Part shown: piece by piece, positions 9,898 through 19,536 of the stretch
Layout of the letters: each line of letters opens with the position of its first letter
Numbering within the stretch: the stretch's first letter is position 1
Assembly: GCA_049975265.1 (NCBI GenBank)
Contig: JBNGDF010000003.1
Coordinates: forward strand, 66,995 to 130,994
Source of the DNA: Fidelibacterota bacterium
GTDB lineage: Bacteria > Fidelibacterota > UBA2242
Reading direction: 5' to 3'
Length of the DNA stretch: 64,000 nt
The notes under the pieces: model-generated
Seen by the model: the letters and a program-made list of their open reading frames with translations, nothing else
Told to the model about the DNA's origin: nothing
The model's database searches: none
Position numbers and translations under genes: made by a program

Positions 9898-11160
9898 ATG
9901 AGAAAATATCTGTTCATAATACTATTGATGATGTTTGGAACTGCTCCATTAACGGCTCAGAAATTGCTGATTCCCATGGATTTAACCCAAACGGATCATC
10001 TGAAAGCCTACGGGATTGTTTATTGGGTTTTAAAACAGGAGATCAATGTCGAATGGCTGCTGAATTATCGCGGCGGTTCCTTTTTAATGGATCATTATAG
10101 TGGTATTGAGCAGGAATTACGCCTCAGAGGTGTCAGGTTTGAGCAGCTGTCGGCGGCTGAGTTGTTGGAGATTTACTCCGTTATCGAAGAAAATAATATG
10201 GACATTGCGCTTTTGGAAAAGGCGGCGAAAATCGCCATCTATTCACCGCCCAATAAACAGCCCTGGGATGATGCCGTCACACTGGCGTTAACCTACGGTG
10301 AAATCGACTATGACGTTATCTGGGACGTCGAGGTGATGGAGGGACGGCTGGATGAATACGACTGGCTGCACCTGCATCATGAGGATTTTACCGGGCAATA
10401 CGGAAAATTTTACGCCAACTATCGCCACCAAGCCTGGTATCAGGAACAGCAGCGGTATTTCGAGAAAATAGCACATCAGCTGGGTTTTACCAAAGTGTCA
10501 GAAGAAAAGAAAGCCATTGCCCGTAAGATTAAGGAATATGTCGGGCAGGGTGGCTTCCTCTTTGCCATGTGTTCGGCAACGGATGCGCTGGATATTGCCC
10601 TGGCGGCGGAAGGTGTGGATATTGTGGCATCGGTATTTGATGGTGATCCGGTGGACCCTAAGGCTCAGGAGAAACTGGATTTTGAAAAGACGCTGGCGTT
10701 CGAAAACTTTACCTTATACACGGACCCGATGATCTACGAGTACTCCGATATCGACTATCCACCCAGTTTTCAGGCGGTGACACCCGGAGCCGAGGCTGAT
10801 TATTTTACACTGTTTGAATTTTCGGCAAAGTATGATCCGGTACCGACGATGTTGACCCAGAACCATGTGGGAATCATCAAGGGTTTTATGGGGCAAACCA
10901 CCGGCTTCCGGCGGGATAAAATCAAAAAAACGGTCGTTATTATGGGCGAAGTGGTGGACGGCGAACAGGTGAAATATATCCATGGAAATTACGGGCGCGG
11001 TACATTTACCTTCCTGGGTGGTCACGATCCGGAAGATTACCGGCACTATGTCGGCGATCCGCCCACAAAGCTGGAACTGCACAAGAATTCTCCCGGATAT
11101 CGCCTGATCCTCAACAATGTGCTGTTCCCTTCCGCCCGGAAAAAGGAACAGAAAACCTAA
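9898..11160 (+). CDS. Exported conserved protein of the family often labelled 'asparagine synthetase B'; probable class I GATase-like fold
   Basis: Signal peptide, HLKAYG, WLLNYRGGSF, QPWDDAV, WLHLHHEDFTGQYGKF, GGFLFAMCSATD, GGHDPEDY, SPGYRLILNN. No Ntn Cys1 or ATP-PPase motif. Confidence 0.75.
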   Translation: MRKYLFIILLMMFGTAPLTAQKLLIPMDLTQTDHLKAYGIVYWVLKQEINVEWLLNYRGGSFLMDHYSGIEQELRLRGVRFEQLSAAELLEIYSVIEENNMDIALLEKAAKIAIYSPPNKQPWDDAVTLALTYGEIDYDVIWDVEVMEGRLDEYDWLHLHHEDFTGQYGKFYANYRHQAWYQEQQRYFEKIAHQLGFTKVSEEKKAIARKIKEYVGQGGFLFAMCSATDALDIALAAEGVDIVASVFDGDPVDPKAQEKLDFEKTLAFENFTLYTDPMIYEYSDIDYPPSFQAVTPGAEADYFTLFEFSAKYDPVPTMLTQNHVGIIKGFMGQTTGFRRDKIKKTVVIMGEVVDGEQVKYIHGNYGRGTFTFLGGHDPEDYRHYVGDPPTKLELHKNSPGYRLILNNVLFPSARKKEQKT

Positions 11161-11163
11161 CGA

Positions 11164-11577
11164 ATGGAGAACCGTATGCAGGAATTTACTGTGAAGACGT
11201 CCAGTCGTAATGAGTTTGTAGACATCACAGACCGGGTGCGGGCTCTGGTTCATGATAGCGGTATTGAAGCGGGCATCTGTATGGTCTATTGCCCTCATAC
11301 CACTGCCGCAATTACCATCAATGAAAATGCCGATCCTGATGTGACGGAAGATATTATCCGAAAATTAAGCATGCTGATTCCGCCTCGGGAGAATTACCGA
11401 CATATTGAGGGAAATTCAGATGCGCATATCAAATCGTCACTGATGGGAAACTCTGCCCAGATAATAATTCATAATGCATCTCTGCGGCTGGGTACCTGGC
11501 AGGGAATTTACTTTTGTGAATTTGACGGTCCGCGCACCCGAAAGGTGTGGGTATCGTTTACAAAAACGGACAGGTAA
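11164..11577 (+). CDS. yjbQ: YjbQ / UPF0047 family protein (secondary thiamine-phosphate synthase)
   Basis: PHTTAAITINENADPDV, HIEGNSDAHIK, LGTWQGIYFCEFDGPR. Confidence 0.93.
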   Translation: MENRMQEFTVKTSSRNEFVDITDRVRALVHDSGIEAGICMVYCPHTTAAITINENADPDVTEDIIRKLSMLIPPRENYRHIEGNSDAHIKSSLMGNSAQIIIHNASLRLGTWQGIYFCEFDGPRTRKVWVSFTKTDR

Positions 11578-11617
11578 CCGAAATCACCTGCCCGTTACAT
11601 CTCTGAAATTCCGGTAT

Positions 11618-11797
11618 CTACTTCTTGTTGAAGTATTCCAGCACGCCGAGCCCGATAGCGATCAGCAGTAGCGTCTGGGAAAAATCATTCCACCCTGCCG
11701 CCGAAATAATGATCGCACCACCTGCCAGCTGCGTAATGATTCCCAGCAAGAGTGCAACCAAACCGGCTAAGATCGCAATAAGAATCCATGTTTTCAT
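11618..11797 (-). CDS. Small membrane protein, 59 aa, two predicted TM helices
   Basis: Not in the ORF track. Reads MKTWILIAILAGLVALLLGIITQLAGGAIIISAAGWNDFSQTLLLIAIGLGVLEYFNKK*. SD AGGAGG upstream and a perfect sigma70 promoter further upstream. Confidence 0.85.
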   Translation of the reverse strand: MKTWILIAILAGLVALLLGIITQLAGGAIIISAAGWNDFSQTLLLIAIGLGVLEYFNKK

Positions 11798-11833
11798 GAT
11801 CCCTCCTATGGTTATTAATTTTTACACACCACC

Positions 11834-11862
11834 ATTATAATAGTTATTTTTATGAATGTCAA
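11834..11862 (-). promoter_or_regulatory. sigma70-type promoter for the 59-aa protein
   Basis: Minus strand TTGACA (11862-11857), 17 bp, TATAAT (11839-11834): exact consensus. Confidence 0.85.
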
Positions 11863-13122
11863 CTATTCAAAAATCCTTTTTTCGATTTTGCCGGGTATTG
11901 TCAGCTCCTTTTCGGATTTGGCAATGATTAATGCACCGCAGCTGTCGCTCCAGACATTTGTCGAGGTGCGTACCATATCAAGTATGCGGTCGACCGCCAG
12001 GATCATGCCGATGCCTTCCAGCGGCAAACCGACGGCTTTCAGTACGATGGACATCATTACCAGTCCTGCCATCGGAATGCCGGCTGCCCCAATGGAAGCC
12101 AGTAATGCCGTAACAACAACGGTAAACTGGGCGGTAATACTTAATTCAATCCCATAAACCTGGGCGATAAACATGGCTGCCACGCATTCATAGAGAGCGG
12201 TTCCGTCCATATTGACGGTGGCGCCAAGGGGGAGCACAAAACTTGATATTTTATTGGAAATACCCGCCTTTTTTTCGGCACACTCCATAGTCAGCGGAAG
12301 CGTCGCCGAGCTGGATGAGGTAGTAAAAGCGGTTAACAAGGCGACACTCATATTGTTCAGGTGGGTTAACGGATTCTCCTTTGCCAGAAGGATGATCAAC
12401 AGGGGCAGATTGATAAAATAGTGCCATAACAGACCTATTAGGACCGTGATGAAATAAAACCCCAGGGATTTGAAAATCTCCAAACCGGTGGTGGCGGTGA
12501 TTTTGGCTACCAGACCGAAAACCCCCAGCGGAGCAAAAAGGATAATAAAATGGGTGATATTCATCATGACCTCAAAGCCAGCCTGAAAAAAGTCGGTCAG
12601 GAGTGTTTTATGAGAGTTATTCAGGCGGGAAATGAAAATCCCAAGGATAATACAGAAGAATATAACCGGTAATATTTCGCTGTCGACCATGGCGGAAAAG
12701 GGATTGGTGGGAATAATCCGGTAGAGCAGGTCCTGCAAACTACCGACGGCTAAAGATTCGGCATCCGGATTGGCTGACAGGGTAATGTCGGCATTGATTC
12801 CCGGCTGGATCAGATTGACTAACAGCAGACCGGTCAATATTGCCAACAGACTCGACGTCAAATAGTAGAGTAGCGTTTTTATGCCGAGCCGTCCGAGGTT
12901 CTTGGAGTCGCCGATTCCCAGTACGCCGGAGGTGATGGAGGTAAAGATCAGCGGGACAATGATCATTTTCAATAAGCGCAGAAACAGATCACCGATCATG
13001 GTGGCGAAGGGTAAAATTGATTCACCGAAAAATATGCCTGCAAGAAGTCCCAGCAAGATGCCGATAAAAATCCAGGCGGTCAATGGTATTTTTCTTAAAT
13101 AAACCAGCGCTTGACGACTCAT
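11863..13122 (-). CDS. Dicarboxylate/amino acid:cation symporter (DAACS/GltP family)
   Basis: GDLFLRLLKMIIVPL, TAFTTSSSSATLP, LPLGATVNMDGTALY, AVDRILDMVRTSTNVWSD. Confidence 0.95.
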   Translation of the reverse strand: MSRQALVYLRKIPLTAWIFIGILLGLLAGIFFGESILPFATMIGDLFLRLLKMIIVPLIFTSITSGVLGIGDSKNLGRLGIKTLLYYLTSSLLAILTGLLLVNLIQPGINADITLSANPDAESLAVGSLQDLLYRIIPTNPFSAMVDSEILPVIFFCIILGIFISRLNNSHKTLLTDFFQAGFEVMMNITHFIILFAPLGVFGLVAKITATTGLEIFKSLGFYFITVLIGLLWHYFINLPLLIILLAKENPLTHLNNMSVALLTAFTTSSSSATLPLTMECAEKKAGISNKISSFVLPLGATVNMDGTALYECVAAMFIAQVYGIELSITAQFTVVVTALLASIGAAGIPMAGLVMMSIVLKAVGLPLEGIGMILAVDRILDMVRTSTNVWSDSCGALIIAKSEKELTIPGKIEKRIFE

Positions 13123-13236
13123 TGAATTGGCTCCAGTGGATTAAATTGTTTGAAAATTAGGGAATCCGGAGAGAATATCAAACTTTTCGGGATATTTTTA
13201 TTGAAATTCTACGAAAAAGAGTGAATATTCCTGGAG

Positions 13237-13377
13237 ATGAGACCCAAGCCGAGTGCCAAAATCAACCTGTTTTTACTGTTTATCATCATCGCCATTCTGT
13301 TCTTTCTCCATTTTCGGAGAGTTCGCCAGGACATTATTGATTCCCGCAGGACAAAATCAAAGACGGAGCAGCAGTGA
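13237..13377 (+). CDS. Small single-pass membrane protein, 46 aa
   Basis: Not in the ORF track. Reads MRPKPSAKINLFLLFIIIAILFFLHFRRVRQDIIDSRRTKSKTEQQ*. Its TGA overlaps the GTG of the next gene (GTGA). TTGAAA-17-AATATT upstream. Confidence 0.55.
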   Translation: MRPKPSAKINLFLLFIIIAILFFLHFRRVRQDIIDSRRTKSKTEQQ

Positions 13378-13919
13378 AAAAGTTGATATCGGATCAGACA
13401 CTGCTACTGATCATTGATGTGCAGGAGAAGTTGGTTCCGGCAATGTCCGGGGCAGCGAATCTGGTCGGTCGCTTGGTCACATTGATCAAAGGAATTCACC
13501 TGCTGAATATTCCGATAATCTACACCGAGCAGTACCCCAAAGGTTTGGGAGCGACGGTCCCTGAAATCCGGGATTTACTGGAAAAAGAGGTGCGCTGTGA
13601 AAAGCAATCCTTTTCCTGCTGTCTCAATCCGGATTTTAATGAAACGCTGAAACGGTGTAAGCGTCACCAGATTCTGATTGGCGGGATTGAGACCCATGTC
13701 TGTGTATTCCAGACCTGTCTTGATCTGCTGGCAGACGGCTATGCGGTCTATCTGGTTGCTGATACTGTCGCCAGCCGGAAGGAGAGTGACAGCAGTCTGG
13801 CGTTACGGGTTCTTGAGAACGGCGGCGTGAATCTACGCAGCGTCGAGATGGTACTGTTTGAGCTGCTGCAGACGTCCCGGCATGAAAAATTCAAAGATGT
13901 ATCAAAATTAATCAAATAG
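13374..13919 (+). CDS. Isochorismatase-family cysteine hydrolase
   Basis: LLIIDVQEKL, TEQYPKGLG, EKQSFSC, GIETHVCVFQT. Confidence 0.92.
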   Translation: MKKLISDQTLLLIIDVQEKLVPAMSGAANLVGRLVTLIKGIHLLNIPIIYTEQYPKGLGATVPEIRDLLEKEVRCEKQSFSCCLNPDFNETLKRCKRHQILIGGIETHVCVFQTCLDLLADGYAVYLVADTVASRKESDSSLALRVLENGGVNLRSVEMVLFELLQTSRHEKFKDVSKLIK

Positions 13920-15110
13920 GTGAGAAGTATGAATGTAGAACGAATTCAAAAAGCAATTGCAGAGAAACAGATTGACGGCTGGCTGTTTTATGATTTTCAT
14001 CATCTGGATGGCATGGCATACCGGATTTTGGGACTGGATGCGTCGAAGTTTACAACCCGGCGCTGGTTTTACTATATACCGGCAGAGGGAAGTCCCGTCC
14101 GGCTTGTGTCGGCAGTAGAGGCGAAAAAGCTGGATTCGCTGCCCGGCGATAAGAAGATATACCGGTCCTGGGGTGATCTCCACCGGATGCTGCGGGAGGT
14201 CCTGGCGAATTCCGGCAAAATCGCCATGCAGTATTCACCGAACTGCAACATCCCCTATATCTCGGTGGTAGACGCTGGAACAATCGAACTGATCCGGTCA
14301 ATGGGGTTGGACATTGTGTCGTCGGCGGATCTGGTGCAAACCTTCGAGGCGGTGATAGACAGAGCCGGATATGAGGCTCATCTGGAGGCGGGAAAGAAGG
14401 TTCAGCTGATTAAAGATCAGGCATTTGCGCTGATCGGCGATGAGGTCAGACAGGGTAAATCCATTACAGAATATGAAGTTCAGCAGTATATAGTTCGTCG
14501 CTTCCAGGAAGAGGGGCTAACCGATGATGGCGATCACCCGATTGTCGGTGTGAATGATCATCCCGCAGACCCTCATTTCGAACCGACACCGGATAATACG
14601 TATCCGATCAAAAAGGGAGACACGGTCTTAATCGATTTATGGGCTCGCAAAAACGAACCAACCGGCGTTTATTATGACATTACCTGGTGTGGTTACGTCG
14701 GTGACAATCCGCCGGCAAAGTATGTGGAAATTTTTAACATTGTCAGGGATGCCCGGAATGCCGGTCGCGATTTTATTCGCGAACGATTCGGTAAAAATGA
14801 GCCCTGTTACGGCTATGAAGTAGATGATGTCTGCCGGCAGGTGATAATTGACGCCGGATATGGCGACTATTTTATTCACCGTACAGGACATTCGATTGGA
14901 CGGGAGGTACATGGAAACGGCGTGAATATAGACAATCTGGAAACCAAAGATGACCGGCAGCTTGTACCGGGTATCTGTTTTTCCCTGGAGCCGGGAATTT
15001 ACCTGCCCGGAGAGATGGCGGTTCGTTCCGAAATCAATGTATTCATTACGGAGGACAAACAGGTTATCGTCGCCGGAGCGGAACAGGATGCGTTGATTCT
15101 GTTGAAATAG
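13920..15110 (+). CDS. Xaa-Pro aminopeptidase, M24 family
   Basis: DPHF, LIDLWA, YYDITW, HRTGHSIG..VHG, SLEPGIY, RSE metal ligands. Confidence 0.92.
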   Translation: MRSMNVERIQKAIAEKQIDGWLFYDFHHLDGMAYRILGLDASKFTTRRWFYYIPAEGSPVRLVSAVEAKKLDSLPGDKKIYRSWGDLHRMLREVLANSGKIAMQYSPNCNIPYISVVDAGTIELIRSMGLDIVSSADLVQTFEAVIDRAGYEAHLEAGKKVQLIKDQAFALIGDEVRQGKSITEYEVQQYIVRRFQEEGLTDDGDHPIVGVNDHPADPHFEPTPDNTYPIKKGDTVLIDLWARKNEPTGVYYDITWCGYVGDNPPAKYVEIFNIVRDARNAGRDFIRERFGKNEPCYGYEVDDVCRQVIIDAGYGDYFIHRTGHSIGREVHGNGVNIDNLETKDDRQLVPGICFSLEPGIYLPGEMAVRSEINVFITEDKQVIVAGAEQDALILLK

Positions 15111-15123
15111 TGAGTCTTTGGGA

Positions 15124-15639
15124 ATGAAAAAGTATCTGATTTATTTCGGAATGTTATTTTGGTTGATCTTACAATGTGCCTGCAGCCACCGCTATCGTTA
15201 TATTCCGCCGGTGGATTCTGAAATTCAAAGCGGTCATTTGGCGCTCTTTTCCGATGAGATATATTCCGGTGATTCTGGAGGAAACGGGGCGTTTGAACCG
15301 GCTGTAATCACGGTTACTATCATTCAGGAAGGGCGCACCATTATCAGTGATGAACTGACTGCCGGTTCCTGGAATCTGTATCCCGTTCCAGAGGGTGTTT
15401 ATCTGGTGGATTTGAAAACGGAGTATTCCGGTCAGCCGGTTACGCTTACCAGACCATTCACGTCCAAAATTGGATCGGTCAATGTGTTGTATGTTGAATT
15501 CTGGTGGGTTGAACCGGTAATGTTTCAAACCAATGAGGTGAACTACGCCGGAGCAGCAGCGCAATTTATTCTGAATTCCAAACGCACCGGAAAAACCCTT
15601 GGTTTTGAAGATGTTCGACGCTTTGATGCCGAACAATAA
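15124..15639 (+). CDS. Hypothetical exported protein, possible lipoprotein
   Basis: MKKYLIYFGMLFWLILQCAC signal/lipobox-like N-terminus. Co-oriented with the upstream operon. Confidence 0.55.
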   Translation: MKKYLIYFGMLFWLILQCACSHRYRYIPPVDSEIQSGHLALFSDEIYSGDSGGNGAFEPAVITVTIIQEGRTIISDELTAGSWNLYPVPEGVYLVDLKTEYSGQPVTLTRPFTSKIGSVNVLYVEFWWVEPVMFQTNEVNYAGAAAQFILNSKRTGKTLGFEDVRRFDAEQ

Positions 15640-15651
15640 TACCTGGGGAAT

Positions 15652-16638
15652 TTAGTTAACAGAGGAATCGTTCTGAACAGACTTTTGCAGAACAATCAAT
15701 ATCTCAATAGTCTGTTCCAAAGACGGAGAGTGGACCAGTCGATTCCGGATTTCCGCGGCGTTGGGAAAGCCGTGGATATAGTGGCGGTAAAATTTTTTCA
15801 TGATTCGGTTTACATGATACTCGTCTGATACCTGTTTTTCCAGCTCGATATGCTGTAGACACATCGCAATCTTTTCTGCCAAACCAGGTGAGATGTAATC
15901 ATTTTTTCCGCTTCGGAGTTGTGCGATTTGTTGGAATATCCAGGGATTTCCGATAGCCGCCCGCCCGATCATTACGGCGTCGCAACCGGTCATTTTTTCC
16001 ATTCGCAGGGCATCTTCGGGGGTATAGATGTCGCCGTTGCCGATGACCGGTACTGATACGATGGATTTTACCTCGGCAATCAGTTTCCAGTCGGCTTTGT
16101 TGCGATATCCGTCAGAAGCCGTGCGGGGGTGAATTGTCAGGGCGGCGATTCCGGCATTTTCGAGGATTTTCACCACCTCCCGGGCGACGATTGATCGTCG
16201 GTCCCACCCGGCACGGATTTTGGCGGTCACGGGAGTCTGGACCGCTTTGACCACGCTTTTTGCGATGGATTCGAGGCGTGGGAGATCCTTGAGCAATGCC
16301 GCTCCGGCATTTTTCCTGACGACTTTCCGAACCGAACATCCGAAATTCAGATCGATGATGTCTGGTTTATAGCGCTCTTCGATGATTGATGCTGCATCAG
16401 CCATGGACTGCGGATTGTATCCGAAAAGTTGTATGCCGAGCGGTCGCTCCGATGCTGTGAAGGATAAATACTGGAAGGTTTTTTCCGATTCCCGGATGAC
16501 TCCTTCGGAGCTAACGAACTCTGTAAAGACGACGGCTGCGCCCATTTTTTTACACAACCGGCGAAAGGGTGAATCGGTATAGCCAGCCATAGGTGCCAGA
16601 AAAGTGGGGGTGTCGATATTTAGCCTGGCGATTTTCAC
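15652..16638 (-). CDS. dusB: tRNA dihydrouridine synthase DusB
   Basis: LAPMAGYTD, DLNFGC, TAKIRAGWD, TIHPRT, IGNGDI, VMIGRAAIGNPW. Confidence 0.93.
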   Translation of the reverse strand: MKIARLNIDTPTFLAPMAGYTDSPFRRLCKKMGAAVVFTEFVSSEGVIRESEKTFQYLSFTASERPLGIQLFGYNPQSMADAASIIEERYKPDIIDLNFGCSVRKVVRKNAGAALLKDLPRLESIAKSVVKAVQTPVTAKIRAGWDRRSIVAREVVKILENAGIAALTIHPRTASDGYRNKADWKLIAEVKSIVSVPVIGNGDIYTPEDALRMEKMTGCDAVMIGRAAIGNPWIFQQIAQLRSGKNDYISPGLAEKIAMCLQHIELEKQVSDEYHVNRIMKKFYRHYIHGFPNAAEIRNRLVHSPSLEQTIEILIVLQKSVQNDSSVN

Positions 16639-16643
16639 GGTTT

Positions 16644-16736
16644 AATTTAGTACATCGGGGAAAGGATAATCAAATGCTGTTTCATACTTCAAGTATCGAA
16701 AAAGAATTTGACATTCTGAAGAATAATCTGCAAATT
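16644..16736. promoter_or_regulatory. Divergent promoters for dusB and rpmB
   Basis: Minus: TTGATT (16673-16668), 18 bp, TAAATT (16649-16644). Plus: TTGACA (16708-16713), 17 bp, CAAATT (16731-16736). Confidence 0.6.
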
Positions 16737-16764
16737 CCGCAGGTTTTTTAAGGAGTATTGGATT

Positions 16765-16956
16765 ATGTCAAAAGTATGTGAAATATGCGGGAAAAGACCT
16801 ATTTACGGAAACAGTGTCAGTCATGCGCATAACAAGACGCGCCGACGCTGGGAACCGAATCTGACCAAGGTAAGAATCGAAATAAACGGTACCGTAAAGA
16901 CAGCGAAAGTGTGCACCGCCTGTCTGAAGAAAGGCAATATTAAAAAAGCATCCTGA
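16765..16956 (+). CDS. rpmB: 50S ribosomal protein L28 (CxxC-containing form)
   Basis: [10 protein letters not shown]...[18 protein letters not shown]...VCTACLK. SD AAGGAG. Confidence 0.97.
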   Translation: MSKVCEICGKRPIYGNSVSHAHNKTRRRWEPNLTKVRIEINGTVKTAKVCTACLKKGNIKKAS

Positions 16957-16971
16957 TTTTTCTTTCATAAT

Positions 16972-17012
16972 AAAAAAAAGCCGAGCCCCTGCCAGACAGG
17001 GGCTCTTCTTTT
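16972..17012. terminator. Bidirectional rho-independent terminator between rpmB and ftsZ
   Basis: A-run, stem GAGCCCCTG, loop CCAGA, stem CAGGGGCTC, then TTCTTTT. Confidence 0.85.
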
Positions 17013-17033
17013 ATCAGATGTGGAGAGAGAGGA

Positions 17034-18251
17034 CTATTTGTTCATCATTTTACGTAAAATAGCCGGTATATTACGGTCATTGACGTCGGTTACCTGATCG
17101 ACCAGACCACTTTCATCATTCTGAAAAGATATTTTCAGACTCGGTTTGGTGTGATTGTCGGATTCATAGGAGTTCTCTTCGTATTCCCGCTTTCCTTCTA
17201 CAGCAGAGATTTCCTCGGCGAAAAGTTCCTCTTTGGCGGTTGTGAGTACCGCTTTTCCCGCCTGATAATCGGTTTTGGGTCTGTTCCCAAATCCGGTGGC
17301 AATTACGGTGATCATGATTTCATCGGTCAGATTCTCATCAATCACGGCACCAATAATGATATCGGCATCGCTGCCGGCTTCCTCGGTGATGATTTTACAC
17401 GCTTCATCCACCTCAAAGAGATTCAGGTCTTCACCGCCGGTAACATTGATGAGCAATCCGTTGGCACCGGAGATATTCATATCGTTCAGCAGCGGACTGG
17501 AGATGGCTTGCTGAGCCGCCAGGACAGCCCGTTCATCGCCGGTGGCCAACCCGGTACCCATGATAGCATCACCCATGTTTTTCATAATGGTCTTGACATC
17601 GGCGAAATCGAGATTGATAATCCCGTGGCGATTGATCAGGTCGGAAATTCCCTTGGTAGCCTGATAGAGAACGCTATCCGCCGTCTGAAAAGCCTGACGG
17701 ATTGAGGTTTTACGATCTACAATGCTCAAGAGCCGCTGATTGGGAATTGTGATCAGGGTATCCACATTTTCCCGCAATTCCCGAATGCCCTCTTCAGCCC
17801 GCTGCATCCGCTTCGGTCCCTCGAAATGGAAGGGTCTGGTCACAATACCCACTGTCAGACAACCCTGTTCCTTAGCCAGTTTGGCGATCAGAGGCGAGGC
17901 ACCGGTACCGGTTCCGCCACCCATTCCGGCGGTGATGAAGACCATATCGGCGCCATTCAGAGTATTTGACACCGGTTGACGGTCGGCTTCCATCGCCATT
18001 TTTCCGACCTCTTTCACGGCACCGGCTCCAAGTCCGCGGGTCAGGTCTTTCCCGATCTGTATCTTAGTTGGTGCCAGATTGTTGTCCAGATCCTGGGCAT
18101 CGGTATTGACCGCAATGAAATCCACGCCGGTCAGCCCGGATTCGATCATTCGGTTAATAGCATTGCCACCGCCACCACCGACGCCGATGACCTTCAGTTT
18201 TGCATGCTGGTTCGCTAAATCGTCAAATTCAAATAACATTTTTTCCTCCAC
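17034..18251 (-). CDS. ftsZ: Cell division protein FtsZ
   Basis: GVGGGGGNA, NTDAQ, GMGGGTGTG, INLDFADV, C-terminal IPAILRK. Confidence 0.99.
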   Translation of the reverse strand: MEEKMLFEFDDLANQHAKLKVIGVGGGGGNAINRMIESGLTGVDFIAVNTDAQDLDNNLAPTKIQIGKDLTRGLGAGAVKEVGKMAMEADRQPVSNTLNGADMVFITAGMGGGTGTGASPLIAKLAKEQGCLTVGIVTRPFHFEGPKRMQRAEEGIRELRENVDTLITIPNQRLLSIVDRKTSIRQAFQTADSVLYQATKGISDLINRHGIINLDFADVKTIMKNMGDAIMGTGLATGDERAVLAAQQAISSPLLNDMNISGANGLLINVTGGEDLNLFEVDEACKIITEEAGSDADIIIGAVIDENLTDEIMITVIATGFGNRPKTDYQAGKAVLTTAKEELFAEEISAVEGKREYEENSYESDNHTKPSLKISFQNDESGLVDQVTDVNDRNIPAILRKMMNK

Positions 18252-18261
18252 AAATTAATTT

Positions 18262-19524
18262 TTACATGATATTTTCAGTTAAATTTTTCAGCCAGTTCCA
18301 GGTTTTGCTGAGCCACGAGCCGGAACCGGTTGGTTTAATCCGGTCCTGTAATTTTTCCTGTAATGCGAACTGGATCATTCCGATGGCTGCGGAATATTTT
18401 GGATTGTTCAGTTCATCTTCGAATCCTGAGTAGTTTGTTGGAAATCCGATGCGAGCCGGCATGCTGAAAATTGATTCAGCCAGTTCTTCACACCCTTTAA
18501 GCAGCGCACCACCACCGGTGAGAACAACCGACTGGATAGAGGTGAAAGGAACATCGGCTTTTTTTGATTCCATGAACGCTTCCCGGAGAATCTCCTCCAT
18601 GCGGGGCTCAATAAATTCAGCCAGTTTCAGCAGTGGCAGTTCCCGGGCGGGTCGGTTTCCGATACTATCGATTTTAATCACCGCCTCCCGGTCGACATTT
18701 TTCGTAAAGGAGTACCCGTGGTTTTTCTTAATCGTTTCGGCGTTCTCATGGGGGATACGCAGGAGGTAGGCGATGTCACTGGTTACCAGCTGGTCGCCAA
18801 AATTGACAACGCCGGTATGATGAATTCCATCGTCGGCGTAGACAATAACATCGGTGGTTCCGGCACCGATATCGATCAGAATCGCACCCGCCTCTCTTTC
18901 GGACGGGGTCAGAACGCTGATGGATGACGCCAGAGATTGCAGAATAAAGGTATTCACGGTCAAACCGATATTTTTAAAACACCGCCTCAGATTTGAGGCG
19001 ACGGTTGTGCTGTAGGTTGTGATATGGACTCTGGCTTCCAGTCGTCTCCCGAGTAGATTGATCGGATTTTTTATTCCGCTCTGTTCGTCGACCACAAATT
19101 CCTGCGGCATGACATGTAGAATCTGGCGGTCGACCGGAAGGGGCACAGCACGGGTGTGTTCGATGACGCGGTCAATATCTTCCTGCTCAATTTCCTGTGC
19201 TTCGCCGACGCTGCCGCGCACGTCCCGCGTGATAGCCACCGTTCCCTGAGTGTTCATACTGCGAATGTGATCACCGCTGATGCTGACATAGCATTGGGAA
19301 ACGGAGGTTCCCGCCATGGATTCGGCGGCATTGATCGCTTCGCTGATCGTCCGGCTCAACTCCTCAATATTGACGACAACGCCTCTCTTAAGCCCTTTTG
19401 TTTCAACAGTCCCGTAACCTTTGATATGGGGATTCCCGGTTTCGGGATGGACATCGGCGATCAGTACACAGGTTTTCCATGTGCCGATATCAACGACGGT
19501 AAGTGTTTGATTTCGTAATTTCAT
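18262..19524 (-). CDS. ftsA: Cell division protein FtsA
   Basis: DIGTWK, GLKRGVVVNI, DIGAGTTD, VLTGGGA, C-terminal amphipathic helix. Adjacent to ftsZ. Confidence 0.98.
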   Translation of the reverse strand: MKLRNQTLTVVDIGTWKTCVLIADVHPETGNPHIKGYGTVETKGLKRGVVVNIEELSRTISEAINAAESMAGTSVSQCYVSISGDHIRSMNTQGTVAITRDVRGSVGEAQEIEQEDIDRVIEHTRAVPLPVDRQILHVMPQEFVVDEQSGIKNPINLLGRRLEARVHITTYSTTVASNLRRCFKNIGLTVNTFILQSLASSISVLTPSEREAGAILIDIGAGTTDVIVYADDGIHHTGVVNFGDQLVTSDIAYLLRIPHENAETIKKNHGYSFTKNVDREAVIKIDSIGNRPARELPLLKLAEFIEPRMEEILREAFMESKKADVPFTSIQSVVLTGGGALLKGCEELAESIFSMPARIGFPTNYSGFEDELNNPKYSAAIGMIQFALQEKLQDRIKPTGSGSWLSKTWNWLKNLTENIM

Positions 19525-19536
19525 TGATACTTCATC

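Noticed and set aside
11625-11840. 71-aa plus-strand ORF in the track
   Set aside because: Antisense shadow of the better-supported 59-aa minus-strand gene.
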